Assembly (NCBI GenBank): GCA_004431415.1
Contig: QPMI01000312.1
Location: 1 to 61,686, forward strand
Direction: 5' to 3'
Source of the DNA: Cyanophora paradoxa CCMP329
Taxonomy: Eukaryota > Plantae > Glaucophyta
Length of the DNA: 61,686 bases
Part shown: positions 46,401-58,484 of the stretch, piece by piece
Layout of the letters: the number at the start of each line of letters is the position of its first letter
How positions within the stretch are numbered: position 1 is the first letter of the stretch
Notes under the pieces: generated by a model
What the model was told of the DNA's origin: nothing
What the model saw: only the letters and a program-made list of their open reading frames with translations
Database searches by the model: none
Translations under genes and position numbers: made by a program

Positions 46401-48173
46401 GCCTACGCCCCGCGCCCCACGGTCGGCGGCCGACGGCGGCGGGCAGGGCTGGCGATCACGAAGCGGCTGGCGGAGGCGATGGGCGGGCGCGTGGGGGTCG
46501 CCTCGGAGGAGGGCCGCGGCGCCGAGTTCTGGGCCGTCGTCCGCCTCGCCCCGCCGCCCCCGCCGCCGAGCCCGGGCCCGAGGCGGCGGCGGCGGCCCCG
46601 CCCTGGCCCGACCTCGCGGGGCCGCCTGCCGCGTGACCCTCGCGCCCTCCCTCGCCGCCCACGCCGAGGTCCAGCCTGCGCCGCCCTCGGACCGGAAGGG
46701 CTCCGCCTCACCGCCGCGCGCAGGTGCTGCGGTTCTACCTGCAGCAGTGGGGCGCGGCGCTCGCCCCTGCCGACGGCGCCTGGCCCGAGGGGCCCCGGGC
46801 CCCACCTCGTCCTCTGCACGGACCCCCCGCCCCCGGCCCGCCTCGGACGGCGCCGTCATCGAGGTGCCCCCGCACCTTCGAGCGCAACAGCGATCCCTCC
46901 GCCAACGGGCCGGGCCGGCCCCGCCGCAGGTGCCCGTGCGGGCGCTGGAGCACGAGGCGCTGGCGCCAGCCGCCGGCACCCGCGGGGCCTGCGTGCTCCT
47001 GCCCGTCCGCCCCTCGCAGCTCGCCCGCGCCCTCGCCGCCAGGCGCGCCGCCCCGACCCGCGCGCCTGCCTCGCCCCGCGTTGCGGCGCCGGCGCTGAGG
47101 CGCGGGCCGGGGCAGGCTGCAGGGCCACGATAAAACCTCGAGCGCTGGCAGCCCTCGCTCGAGCTCGCCGCCTCTCTCGGGGGACGCATCCCCCGGGCAC
47201 CCCTCCCCCGCCGCCCCGCCTTGCCGCCCCGCCGCCTCTCGCCCCGAGCCCCGCCCCTGGGCCCTCGTCGTGGACGACATGCCGGCACTCCCCGCCCCGC
47301 CCGCCCCGCCCCGCTCCGTGCGGCCGCTCGGACGATGACTCCCCGGGCGGGGCGCGGCGGGGCGCAGACGAACGTGCTGATGCTGCGGCGCATGGCGGAG
47401 GCGCTCGGCCTCGCCGTCGACACAGCCGCCGACGGCGCCCGCGCCGCCGGTGCGACGGCGCCCGGCCCGCCCTCCGCCCCCGCCCCGCCCCTCTGCGCAC
47501 GCTGAGCGAGCGGGGCGGGGCCCTATCTGCAGCGCTGTACGGAGCGGACCCGCTGCGGTACGCCATCATCCTCCTTGACGTCGAGATGGTGCCGGCGCCC
47601 CGCCCCGGGCCCCTGCTGGCCCGGGCCCGTGCCGAGGGGGCGGGCCGGGGGCAGCCGGTGTGCGACGGGCGGGAGGCGTGCCGGCGGGTGCGGGCCCTCG
47701 AGGCGGAGCGCGGCCTCCGGTGAGATCGAGCCGAGCGGGCGCCGGCGAGCTCGAGCCCGGGGCGCTGCTGAGCCTTCCTCTGCAGGCGGGTGCCGGTGGT
47801 CTTCGTGTCGGCGAACGCGATGCCGGAGGACCGGGCCGAGGCCCTCGCCCACGGGGGGGACGACTTCAAGACCAAGCCCGTGCGCCCGCCGCCCGTGCTC
47901 CCCCGCCCCGCGCCCGCCCGCCCCGCGCGCACCCAAACCCCCCGGGGGCAGATCCGCCGGGCGGAGCTCGCGGCCGTCGTCGAGCGCTTCGTCCCGTCCT
48001 TGGCCGGCGCCGCCTCGCGGGCCGCCGGCGCCGGCCCCGGCCCCAACTGCAGTCCGCGGCAGCGCCCCGCTTCAGCTGCAGCCCCGTCGACGTCGACGTC
48101 AGCGGGAACCCCAATGGGCAATAGCAATGCACCTTACCCTGCCCCTCTTAGCTTAAGCTTCTTTCCTCCTTGA
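37438..48173 (+). CDS. Giant hybrid histidine kinase: degenerate Ser/Thr kinase-like domain, AAA/P-loop, GAF, PAS, HisKA, HATPase_c and two receiver domains (HstK / fungal CHK1-like architecture)
   Basis: SAPELTGRM, DERTDLYRIGVLLY, LLEKSPAARYQSA. P-loop SGP..GAGKS. CDDLQWAD, TGGNP, FRHDRIQQA. GAF LLAIPILHQ..GCLYLEN. H-box ATHDLRTP|VNGILG. NFVSNGVKF, VRDNG, GTGLG|LAITKRLAEAMGG. REC LVVDD...ILLDVEM|PVCDG...VSANA...KTKP. Confidence 0.92.
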
Positions 48174-48427
48174 AACCCGCTGGATAGTTCAACGCCGTTC
48201 GCGTTTAAGATCCCAGAGAGCTACTGAGTCATGTACATGTATGCAATCAAAATGTACAACAGTAAAATAGGTTCAGGTGTGTCCTTTTCCAAATGGATTC
48301 ACCATCGGCCAACACGAGCTTCAGTGTAAGATATCGACATGAATTACTGCAGAAAGATCTCGAAATTAAACTAGCAGACCGCGCCCGGCCCTGTGCAAGT
48401 GCAGCAAGTGCGGGCCGCGCGCGGAGG

Positions 48428-50492
48428 TGCAAGGGGGGGTACTTGTACACATTGCAGGGTACTTGGAAAGGGGGAGGGTAGGGGGGGGGGGGGGGGGGGG
48501 CGAGTGGGGGCAGAGAAGCAAGGCTGGCGGCCGGGCCGGGCGGAGCGGGCGTTGTGGCGAGGCTGGCGGGTGGGGTGGCGAGGCGGATGGGTGGGGTGGC
48601 GACGCAGGCGAAGGCCGGGCACCAGGCGGGCGGGCAGGGGAGGGCGGCGGCGGGCGGGAAAGCGGGCGGAGCGGCAGGTGGCGCCGGGCCCCGCGCATAG
48701 CCTGCGCATGCGCAAGGAGCGAGGCGTCAGCTCGCCCCGGACAGCGGGCGTGCGGGGGCGGGGCCTGGCCGCCGGGCCCAGCGGGGGCGGGTCAGGTGCG
48801 CAGCAGCAGCAGCGGGGCGAACCTGGAGTCGACGAAGCTGAAGCAGCCGGCAGGGCGGCGGGCTAGGAAGCGGGCGGAGCGGCGGGTGGCGCCGGGCCCC
48901 GCGCATAGCTATAGCCTGCGCATGCGCAGAATTCGAACCGAGGCGTCAGCTCGCCCCGGACAGCGGGCGTGCGGGGGCGGGGCCTGGCCGCCGGGCCCAG
49001 CGGGGGCGGGTCAGGTGCGCAGCAGCAGCAGCGGGGCGAACCTGGAGTCGACGAAGCTGAAGCAGCCGGCAGGGCGGCGGGCTAGGAAGCGGGCGGAGCG
49101 GCGGGTGGCGCCGGGCCCCGCGCATAGCTATAGCCTGCGCATGCGCAGAATTCGAACCGAGGCGTCAGCTCGCCCCGGACAGAGGGCGTGCGGGGGCGGG
49201 GCCTGGCCGCCGGGCCCAGCGGGGGCGGGTCAGGTGCGCAGCAGCAGCAGCGGGGCGAACCTGGAGTCGACGAAGCTGAAGCAGCCGGCAGGGCGGCGGG
49301 CTAGGAAGCGGGCGGAGCGGCGGGTGGCGCCGGGCCCCGCGCATAGCTATAGCCTGCGCATGCGCAGAATTCGAACCGAGGCGTCAGCTCGCCCCGGACA
49401 GCGGGCGTGCGGGGGCGGGGCCTGGCCGCCGGGCCCAGCGGGGGCGGGTCAGGTGCGCAGCAGCAGCAGCGGGGCGAACCTGGAGTCGACGAAGCTGAAG
49501 CTGCCGGCAGGGCGGCGGGCTAGGAAGCGGGCGGAGCGGCGGGTGGCGCCGGGCCCCGCGCATAGCTATAGCCTGCGCATGCGCAGAATTCGAACCGAGG
49601 CGTCAGCTCGCCCCGGACAGAGGGCGTGCGGGGGCGGGGCCTGGCCGCCGGGCCCAGCGGGGGCGGGTCAGGTGCGCAGCAGCAGCGGCGGAGCGAACCT
49701 GGAGTCGACGACGGCGCACGCCCGATAGCGCGCGAGCTCGCCTTCCGGATGGGATCTAGAAGATGCGCAAGACGAGTTGCTCAACGACATGGCAAGATCT
49801 GCACCCGAGCGGCCTTGTCAGAGCCGTCGGCGAGCTCGAGTGTGCATTCCCAGCTCGGGATTGCCGGGAGGCGCGCGAGCTCACCTAGGCCTTCCATCTG
49901 GCAAGAGTGTGGCATGTTTGAAGAGATCGCATTCGCGGAGCTCGGATCTGCAGCTGCGGACGGCGGGCGCGGGGCACTCGCGGGCGTCGCGGGCGCCTTC
50001 TTCCTGCACTCTCGCACTCTCGTCCGGATCCGGCCGAGTGCATTTGCCGCCCGGATGGCAGCTCTGTCGGCTAGCTTGCCGGCTTAAAGCACGGGTACTG
50101 CAACACGATATCGCCTCCATTCCCCCCTGCTCGAGTCTCGATGCGCCTCCAACTCTCAGGAGCGGCGCCCGGTACAGCAGGTACTTGAGGCGGTCTAGCG
50201 CGCCGCACGCCGCTTCTTGAGCCCGGGCATGTATGACAAAGTTTGTAGAGCGCATCGAGAGCAATCAGGAGCACGTGGTCCGGCGCATATAGCAATAGCA
50301 GGTGAGGCGCGACCTCGACATGTTTGCGCAGCCCCGCCTCTGCATTTTTTTCCGCCGCTCGCAGCGGCTACGATGCGATCACACCTATACGAGAGCGCAT
50401 GCAAAGAATCGCATCTTACAAAAAATGTTAACACAGAAAGTACGCCGCACCAACTCACCAGGGGAGCAAGGGAGGGGGTACCCCCCCTTGCA
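48428..50492. mobile_element. Candidate non-autonomous TIR element carrying the 219-bp array
   Basis: Perfect 15-bp inverted repeat TGCAAGGGGGGGTAC (48428-48442) / GTACCCCCCCTTGCA (50478-50492) lying between two convergent genes. No transposase and no clear target-site duplication. Confidence 0.4.
48655..49710. repeat. Tandem array of about 4.8 near-identical 219-bp units
   Basis: GCTAGGAAGCGG recurs at 48862, 49081, 49300 and 49519 (period 219). A degenerate first unit starts near 48655. Confidence 0.95.
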
Positions 50493-50618
50493 ATGATTTA
50501 CTGCAGACCAGAGATCTAGAACTTCAGATCAGCAGCCCCAAAGGCGCGTCCTCGGTGCAATTGAAGCCGTAAAAAAACGTAAAAGAATCCGTAAACGCCA
50601 AGGTTCGGCCGCGGGGGG

Positions 50619-53091
50619 TCATTGGCGGGGGCCGAGCCCCATGCCGGCGAGCATAGCCATGAGGGCGGGCGTCATGCCGGGCCCCCCGCCGGCCTTCCGC
50701 CGCGGCACGATCTGCGGCGCCGGCGTCGGGTCGGGTCGGACGGGGCGGGGCGCGGGGCGGGGCGCACGGTGAGGGACCAGCCCGGGAGCCCCTCGCGGAG
50801 GCGCCTGGAGACGGCGTCGCTGGCGGCGCCCTCCGAGGCGCGCAGGCCGAGCTGGTGCCCGGCGCGCGGCTCGAGGCCCGCGAGGGGCGCCAGCGCCGCC
50901 GCGTCCGCCGCCTTCAGGGGCCCTCCCCCGCGCGCCTCCAGCTGCACGTCCAGCGCCCCGGTGCACGCCGCCAGCGCCGCCAGCTCCGCCCCGCACGCCG
51001 AGGGCTCCAGCGCGTCCCGCTCGTACCGCCGGAGGGCCCGGCGGACCGCCGGAGGGAGAGGAGGCGGGCGAGGGAGGCGGCGAGCGCCGGCGCCGACGTC
51101 CCGGCCTCGCACGTCGGGCAGCCGCACGGCGTGGGCCGCACCTGCGCGCGCCGCCGTGAGCCTCGCCGCAGCGGCGCCGGCGCCGCGGGACGGGACGGGC
51201 GCGTGCGCGCCTGCAGGTTGAGCTCGGCGAGGCCCCAGGGCTGCCCGGCCTGCGCCTCGAGCTGGGCGGCGAGCCTCTGGTAGAAGCCGGCCTGCTCGGT
51301 GCCCGCGCAGCCGTCCGTGGCCAGCGTCAGCGTCCGCAGCCGGGGGAGGGCCGCCGGGGACGCCCACTCGGCCCCCACGCCGCCCACCCGCGTGCGCAGC
51401 GACAGGGTCTCCAGCTGCGGCGGCGGCCTCGGGAGCCGCTCGGAGCAGCGGGCGGCCGGGGCGAGCGCACCCGGCTCAGTCGGCCGAGTGCCGCCCACGT
51501 GTCCGGCTCGGCGCTCTCCATATCGATTTCCAAGTGCGTGAGCGACGTCTGCGGAGGGCGTCGCATCCCGAGCAGCTCGTGGCGCGTGCGGGGCGGAGGA
51601 CCCACCATCGACTCCAGGGCCTCGAGCTGCCCCTCGAAGCTGATGGAGCCCTCCTGCGGGACTCTTGAGCCCCGGCCGCGCAGCGAAGGCGGGGCGCAGC
51701 GGCCCTGCGGACCAGCTCGCGGATCTCGAGGCGGTGGAGGGCGGGGGCTGGCCCCAGGCCCCGCACGAGGCCCGCCAGAGCGCCCTCCGCCAGACCGCGG
51801 CAGACGAGGCCTGCGCGCCCCGCGGTCGGGCGGCCGAAGCGGCGCCCGGGGCAAGCGCGGGCGCGCACCGAGGACGCGCAGCTTGGAGAGGCGGCCGAGG
51901 GCCTCCAGCGCCGGCGGCTTGACGGCGTTGCCGCCCCACTCGATGTCCAGCTCCTGCGGCGCCGCGGGGCGCGCGTCGCGGGGCAGGGCGGCGAGGGGCG
52001 CGGCGCTGGCGCGGGGCGGACCTCCAAGTCCGGGAAGCCGGCCAGGACGGCGTCGACGATGGCTTCGAGGGCGGGGCCCTCGACCTCCTCCTCCTGCCAC
52101 GGAGGCTGAGCAGCGGCGCGCGCGAGGCGGGCGGGAAGCTCGAGGGAGGCGCGGCGCACGATCGCGTGGTCGTCGTCCGAGAACTCCTCCTGGAAGTCGC
52201 CCGACGAGCTGAAGTTGAAGCCGGAGAGCTGCGGCGCGGCCTTGGCGATGCTGCGCACGAACTCCGGCTCCATGTTGCAGTAGTGCGCCAGGTTGAGGTG
52301 GCGCAGCGCGGTCAGCTTCCGCAGCTCCGCCAGAAACTCGCGCTCGAGGCGCCCCGCTGCGAGTCGCGCTTGAGGCCGCGGGCCGATACAGAATCAAGAG
52401 AAGAAAACAGAATGAGCGCACTGGGGGAAGGCGTCTGCGCGAGCGCATCGTGCGCGTTCATTGCATCGCAGTCCATCCAGAATTCGAAGAACTTGAGCGT
52501 CGTGGCGGACGAGGCCGCCGCCGCCTTCAGAAGCTGCGTCGCGTACATGTGCCTCTCGCGGATCGATCTTTCCTTTGGGCGCGGAGGGAAGTCGTCGGTA
52601 TAGCCGCTCGTAGAGATGTCGCCGTGCCGGACGGCGATATGCTCTAGGCCGGGCATCGCGGCGAGCAGGTCCGGGACGAGGCCGCGATCGGGCATGCCGG
52701 AACGGCTGAACCGCACGGGGCAGAGCTGCGGCGCCTGCACAAGCAGGGACTTCACGCGAACCTGCCCCCGCTTCGCCCGCATCGTCCATGCTTCGATTTC
52801 GAGGCAGACATCCAACGGCGAGCCGGACTTGCTTGGGAGCGCGATGCGATCCCACTGGTTCGCGAAGAGCATCGCGCGGATGCGCTTGCTGACTCCACGT
52901 GCGGATTTCCATGCGTCGTGCACGCCAACATGCGTCAGAATTCGCTGAATGACGCTGCTCTCTAGCTGCTCTAGTTGCGAGGACCCCGCCGGGCCGACGG
53001 CGCTCGCGTCCGCGGCGGAACTGGAGCTGCCCTCGTCATCGTTCGCCCTCGCCCGCTTCGCGGGCTGCTTGCCTTTCTTCTTCGGGCCCAT
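50619..53091 (-). CDS. F-box-like / RNI-type leucine-rich-repeat protein
   Basis: NLS-like MGPKKKGKQPAKR. F-box-like LEQLESSVIQRILTHVGVHDAWKSARGVSKRIR. LRR-like LRKLTALRHLNLAHYC, LGRLSKLRVL, LTHLEIDM, LPRLRTLTL, LAELNL. Confidence 0.7.
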
Positions 53092-53442
53092 CGCGGACGG
53101 GGCGGGGAAAGCCGCCGCTGGGCTGGGCGTGCAAGACTGCGGGAGACTTCCCGTTCAACCCCGTACTGCTTGTACCCCCTTGCCCTGTCTCCCCTTGAGG
53201 CTCTCCCCTAGGCCTGTACTCTTGACTCTGCCCTGAGGGCCCCTCCCCGGCGCCCCCGCCTCGGCGAGCTCTCTGCTGTACTGCGCTGTTCTACATAACT
53301 CAAACGTATGGACACTGCACGAAAAACGCGGCCGCCCTCCCCAACCGCCTGCACGGGGAATGCTGCACCGCAAGCCCGGCCTACGGCTGGCCAGGAGGAT
53401 GAAGAAAGGGGCGAAGGGTGCTTGGGGCTCGTGGGGTGGGCC

Positions 53443-56400
53443 CTACGAGTCCCGCTTGGCGCCGGGGGGTCGCCCGCGCTTTCGCTGCGAGAGCCGAGTC
53501 AGGGCGGCGGCCGAGGCGGGCGGGGATCCGGGGCGGCGCGCCTTGCCGGGCATGGAACCCGGAGTGGCGTCCTGCATCGAGAGCTCCTCGTCGTCGCCGA
53601 CGCTGCCGCGCGGCTTCCGCTGCCGCGAGGAGCGCCGCTGCCGGCCCTCCGCCCCTGCGCACCCCGCCCCGTGGCGTCAGCGGGGGCGGGGCGAGGGGGA
53701 TCGAGGCGGGGGAGGCGGACCGTGGGGCACGGAGAGCTCGTGGTGGTCGCCGTCGCCGCTGCCGCCCTCGTGGGAGGGCGAGCCGGGGGCGGAGCGCGAG
53801 GCGATGGAGGAGGCGCCGTCGCCACCGTCCGGCCCGTCGTGCTCCCCGCCCTCCCCCGTCTCGTGCACCACGATCGCCGGCGCCGGCGTCTCCGCCTCCT
53901 CCCCCCGCTTTCGCTTCCCGTGTCCGTGCGCCGCCCCGCCGCCGGCCGCCGCGTGCCCGTGCGCGTGCGCCGGTGCGGCGGCCACCGGCGTGGTTGCGGG
54001 GCCAGCGCCGGCGCCGGCGTGCCGGTCGGCGCGGCGGGCGCGGGGCGGAGGAGGCCGAGGCCGGGGTCGCCGACGGGGCGTGCGGCTGGGCGGCCGGGTG
54101 GTGGTGCTGCCCGCGTCCGTGCGGCCGGCCGCTGGGCGTCGTGAAGCCTCCGGAGGGCGTCACGGGCGCGCCCGGCGTCGCGGCGGCGGCGGCAGCCGGC
54201 GGCGGAGCTGGCGTGGTCGGAGGGGGCGCGGCGGGCGGGATGACGATCGGGGCACGTCGGGGGAGGCGGCGTGGTGGGAGCCGGGCGGCGGCCCCGGGCG
54301 CGAGGCGGCCGGCGCCGGGGCGGGTGGGTGCCCGCCGGGCCGGCGGCCGGCGCCGCGGCGGCCGGCGCCAGCGGCGTGGTGGGGGCCGCCGCGGCGGCCG
54401 GCGCTGCGGCCGACGAGGAGGCGGCCGGGAGGCAGCGGGGGCGGGGGCGGCGGCGGGGCGGCGGGGGCGACGGCGGCGGCTGGTGCGGAGGCGGCGGGGG
54501 CCGGGGGCGGGTGGGCGGCGGGGGCGGAGGGGGAGACGGGAGGGACTTGGCCTTGGGGGGGCGCCGGGGGCGACGGGCCCCCGCATGAGCTGGGGGGGAC
54601 CTTGGGGACGCCGAGCTCGGAGAGGCCGAGGAAGTCGAGCTCGAGGCTCTGCTCCCCCGACCCGAAGCTCCCCGTCATCAGCGCCACCGCCTCCTCGTCC
54701 GCCTCCGCCGCCTTCGCGCCCGCCCGCTCCGCCGAGTCCGCCCGCGCCGCCGGGCGGCCTGCGCGGCGCGCCCCGCGAGGGCCTCCTCGACCTCGGCGAG
54801 GCGCGCCGCCTGCGGCTCGAGGCGCTCCTTGACGTAGAGGTGCAGGCACTCGACGGGCGACGGCACGTCGGCGCCCATGCGCGTCGCGTCCCCGCCCGAG
54901 ACCGCCGAGAGCGCCGCCTCCACCGTCTCCAGCGGTGTCGCCGTCGCGTGGTACGCGTCCCGGTACATCCGCATCGAGCGGCCCAGGCGGGACATGTACC
55001 CCGCCGCCACGTCCGTCAGCGTGCTCAGCGCGTGCTCGCTCGCGCCTGCGCCGCGCGAGCGTGAGCGGCGCAAAGGCGGGAGGGACGGGCGGGGGGGCGC
55101 GGGGGGCGGCGCACCATCGAAGCCGGCGTGGGAGAGCATGAGGGCGACGACCTGGCGCATCATGGCGTAGGCGCCGACGGCCTCCATCGCCGGCGGGGCC
55201 TCGCCGAGGGCCGGGGGGGCGGCCGGCGGGACGCGGCGCGAGGCGGCCACGAGGCGCGCGACGTCGGGGCGCGTGGGCGGCGGCGGCCGCTCCTCGTCGG
55301 GGGCCAGCGAGGTGAGCGCCAGGACGTGCGAGTGCTCCCGGATGCGCGCCGCCGCCTCCAGGTTCGAGAGGACGGCGTTGGGCCGGAAGAGCGGCTCGTA
55401 CGGCCGCTCCGTGCGGGGGATGACGGCCTCCGGGGGCGGGGGGAGGCGCGGGACGAGCCCGGGGTAGGCGCGGCTGTCGGGGACGCCGTCGGCGTGCCCG
55501 CCGAGCTCGGGGTAGAAGCCGAAGCAGCCGGGGCTGGGGGAGGAGGGGGCGGGGGCGGCGCCGCGGGGGCCCACCACGCCGGGGCGCACGCTGCTCACGA
55601 GGGCGTTCTCCACCGCCGTCGGTCCAGCGCCTCTGGCGGCCGCGCCCGCGGCTTCGCTGGCGCCGGCGCCGGAGTCGGCGTCGGGGCCGCCGGCGGGGGC
55701 GCCGGGGCCACCGGCTCGGCGAGGGCGAGGGGGCGGGGCGGAGGAGTCGCCGGCGTCGCTCTTGGGCGGCTCGGTGGGCGGGGAGGGCGCCGGCGCCTGC
55801 AGCGCCTGGTCGCCCTTGGCCGCCTCCGCCGGCGCGCCGGCCCCCGCGTCGACCTCCATCGGCGTGGGCGCCGCCGCCGGCGCCGGCGCCGGCTGCGCCG
55901 CCTCCTTCTCCTTGGCCTCCTTCTCGGCGCGGGCGGCGGCGGCGGCGCGGGCGGCGGCGCGGCGGGCCTCAGCTGCCTCCAGAAGGGCCTTCTCGACGCG
56001 GTCGGGGCCCCAGCGCTCGGCGCCCTCCGCGAAGCGCTGCATGCGGTCCGAGGCGCGCGGGATCGCCTCGCGCTCGCCGAAGCGCTTGGAGAGCTGCGCC
56101 TCGAGGTACTCCCGCCGGCGCACGCGCTGCCGGAAAGTCACCAGCCGCCACCGGTCCCGCTTCAGCTCGTCCAGCTCCGCGTCAGCCGGGCCCGCGCCGG
56201 CCCCGCGCCGCTCCCCGCGGCAGCAGCCGAGCGTGGCGCACAGGCAGTCCAGCGGCCGCGAGGGGCCCTCCGGCGCCCGCCGCCGCCGGAGCTCGAGGGC
56301 GGGCGGAGGGCGACGGGGCGGAGAGGCGGCCCGAGTGGGCGGAGGAGGCCGGGTACGCGGGCGGGAGCCCGTTCGCGCGGTCCTGCGCCCGCCCGAGGGC

Positions 56401-58303
56401 CGGCGCCGGGGCCGCCGGCTTCGGACGCCGGCGCCGCGTTGCCGTGGCCGGGGAAGGGGGAGACGTCGCGCCCGGGGGCGCCGCCGAGCGGGGGGGAGCT
56501 GGGAGTGGGGGAGGGCCCGGCCGCGAGGCGCGCCGTGGCGGCGGCGGCCGCCTCCGCCGAGTGAGGATACGCCTTCGCGTCGATGTCCGGGACGGTCGCG
56601 AGGAGGGCGACCGAGCGCTCTTTCAAGATGTTCGAGCTCCGCACGAGCGGCGAGTCCTCTGGGTTGTACCTGCCGCGCGGCCGCGGTCAGCCGGCGGCAG
56701 CTGGCGGCTGTGGGCGCCGGGGGGCCAGCTCACTTCTCGCAGTTGGACCAGATCAGGTCGAGGTCCATTTCGAATTCACTCTTCGAGGTGTACGCGCACT
56801 TTTTCAGCTGCGGAACGCCCGTCAGCGGCGGCGCTCGCGCCGGGCCGGCCGCACCGCGCCGCACCTTCTGCGACATGAGGCCGAAGTACATCGGCTTCGT
56901 GATGAGCTCGTAGTAGTCCGGGGCGCTCGCCTTCTTGACCTGCGCGCTGCTCAGCGGGGCGCGCCGCGCCGAGTGGGCCGGGCGGTGTGCCTTGGCCATG
57001 AACGGCTCGGAGTGGTCGGGGTCGCTCTTGAGGTCCGTGAGGACCACGTCTAGCGCGGAGAGAAGCTCCTCCTGCCGCCCGTGTGAGCGCGCGGGGCAGG
57101 TATCGCTCGCAGGGGCCGGACGCACGTGGCGCGCGTTGATGGCGCCGACCCACTTCTTCTTCCCAGTCTTCACATCCGGAAGCAGCTGCTGGAGCTCCCG
57201 GCTCCTGCTCTTTCCCTTCACGCCTTCGCGCCGGCTGGACGAGCTCTCCTCGGCATCCTCGTCTGGGGCGCGGGGGTCAGGAAGGGCCAGAGTGGGTTCG
57301 GAGGGTCCCGCGCACCGTTCGCACTGTGCGGCAGGGGGCTCGCCGTGGGAGCGCTATGGGTGCTACTGGAAGCTGCTAGGCTGCCGAGGGATGCCTCGCC
57401 GCGGGAGGACCCGATGGGCGCGAACGCGCTCGACGACTCCGCCTTGGCTGGGGCTAGCTGGGCTGCACCGGCGTCGCTGGGGCCCGCCGCCTCTTTATCG
57501 TGAACCTCCGACGATGTCTGCTCCTGCTTTGAGGGAGCGCGAGGCTCAGATAAGAAAAGAAACGGCTTAGCCAGGTCACGCAAAAATCGAGCCCGCACCG
57601 CCGCAGCCTCCCCTGGGCCTCCGGCAGCGCCAGACTCCTCTCCTACGTTACTAGGGTCTGCTAAAAGGTACTCCATATCCTGCAGAACAAGGGCGTCAAA
57701 AGTTACGAAGGCAGCGGGGCCCAGCGCCGGTTCGAGGGCTGGGTCCCAGCGCGAAGCGAATTACGCACGAGCTCTTCTTCCAGCGCCTCCACAAGAGCTC
57801 GATTCTCATAGTCTTCATCGTCTTCTTCAAGCGTGTGATATACGTCGTCCGTACGGAAGGTCACTGCAGAGTGCACAAGGAAATGCGTGAGTGACCTAAA
57901 AGAAAAGAAAAGCGCAGCGTACGCGGCACGTACGGGCTGCGGCGCGGATATGAGCGCTTCGATCGATCATAGAATCGATCTCTTCGTCGTCCACATCGTA
58001 GTCGTCGTCGTTCTTGGCGTCTGGGGCGGCGGATCCGGAGCCGCCGACGTTCAACACTGAAACCGCGGCTGGGTGCCTGTCGATGTACAACTGTTCGAAT
58101 AGAATCCTTCGGACTTTGAAGGCGACCACGTTGCACGGACACTGCCGACCGCACTCCTTCCCGCCTACACCGGGGTTCAAAAAGTGTTCCCAATTGGTCG
58201 GCGAAGACAGTGCCAGCCGGAGATAGCGGCTTTCGTCTTCCGATAGCGCCGTTGAGAATACGCCGGCTCGTTCGAGCCGGCAGGCGACGAGCAGAAGATC
58301 CAT
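53443..58303 (-). CDS. SPT7: SAGA subunit Spt7-like protein (bromodomain plus histone fold) with a C-terminal AT-hook
   Basis: Bromodomain EELLSALDVVLTDLK..HSEPFMAK|VKKASAPDYYELITKPM...EFEMDLDLIWSNC..YN preceded by KKKW. Histone fold MRQVVALMLSHAGFD|GASEHALSTLTDVAAGYM. Spt7-like C-terminal motif TGSFG...DFLGLSELG. Tail RKRGRPPG. Confidence 0.82.
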
Positions 58304-58484
58304 CGCGAGTCGATGGACAGCCGCGAAGTCGGGCTGGCGCTCTTCGCTGGGCTTAGATGGCTTCTACCAATGCATCTCAACGACGATTCGCGACCGGCTT
58401 GGGGAAATGGGCTGCAGCCAAGAGCGACCCTCGCGCGTGGGACGAGGGGGGTACGTCACGCGGCGATTCGCGCGTGTACCCGCC
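58304..58484. promoter_or_regulatory. Putative bidirectional promoter between SPT7 and the TPR/OGT-like gene
   Basis: Divergent ATGs at 58303 (-) and 58485 (+); locally lower GC. Confidence 0.55.

Noticed and set aside
37438-48173. Bacterial contamination or recent HGT as the source of the histidine kinase
   Set aside because: The gene is interrupted by dozens of host-type introns and matches host composition.
48655-49710. CRISPR-like array
   Set aside because: The units are identical throughout, with no unique spacers and no cas genes, in a eukaryotic context.
48427-49728. 433-aa repeat ORF as a protein-coding gene
   Set aside because: It has a GTG start, runs through a poly-G tract and shows no domain. 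It is open because the 219-bp unit is a multiple of 3 and lacks a stop in one frame.
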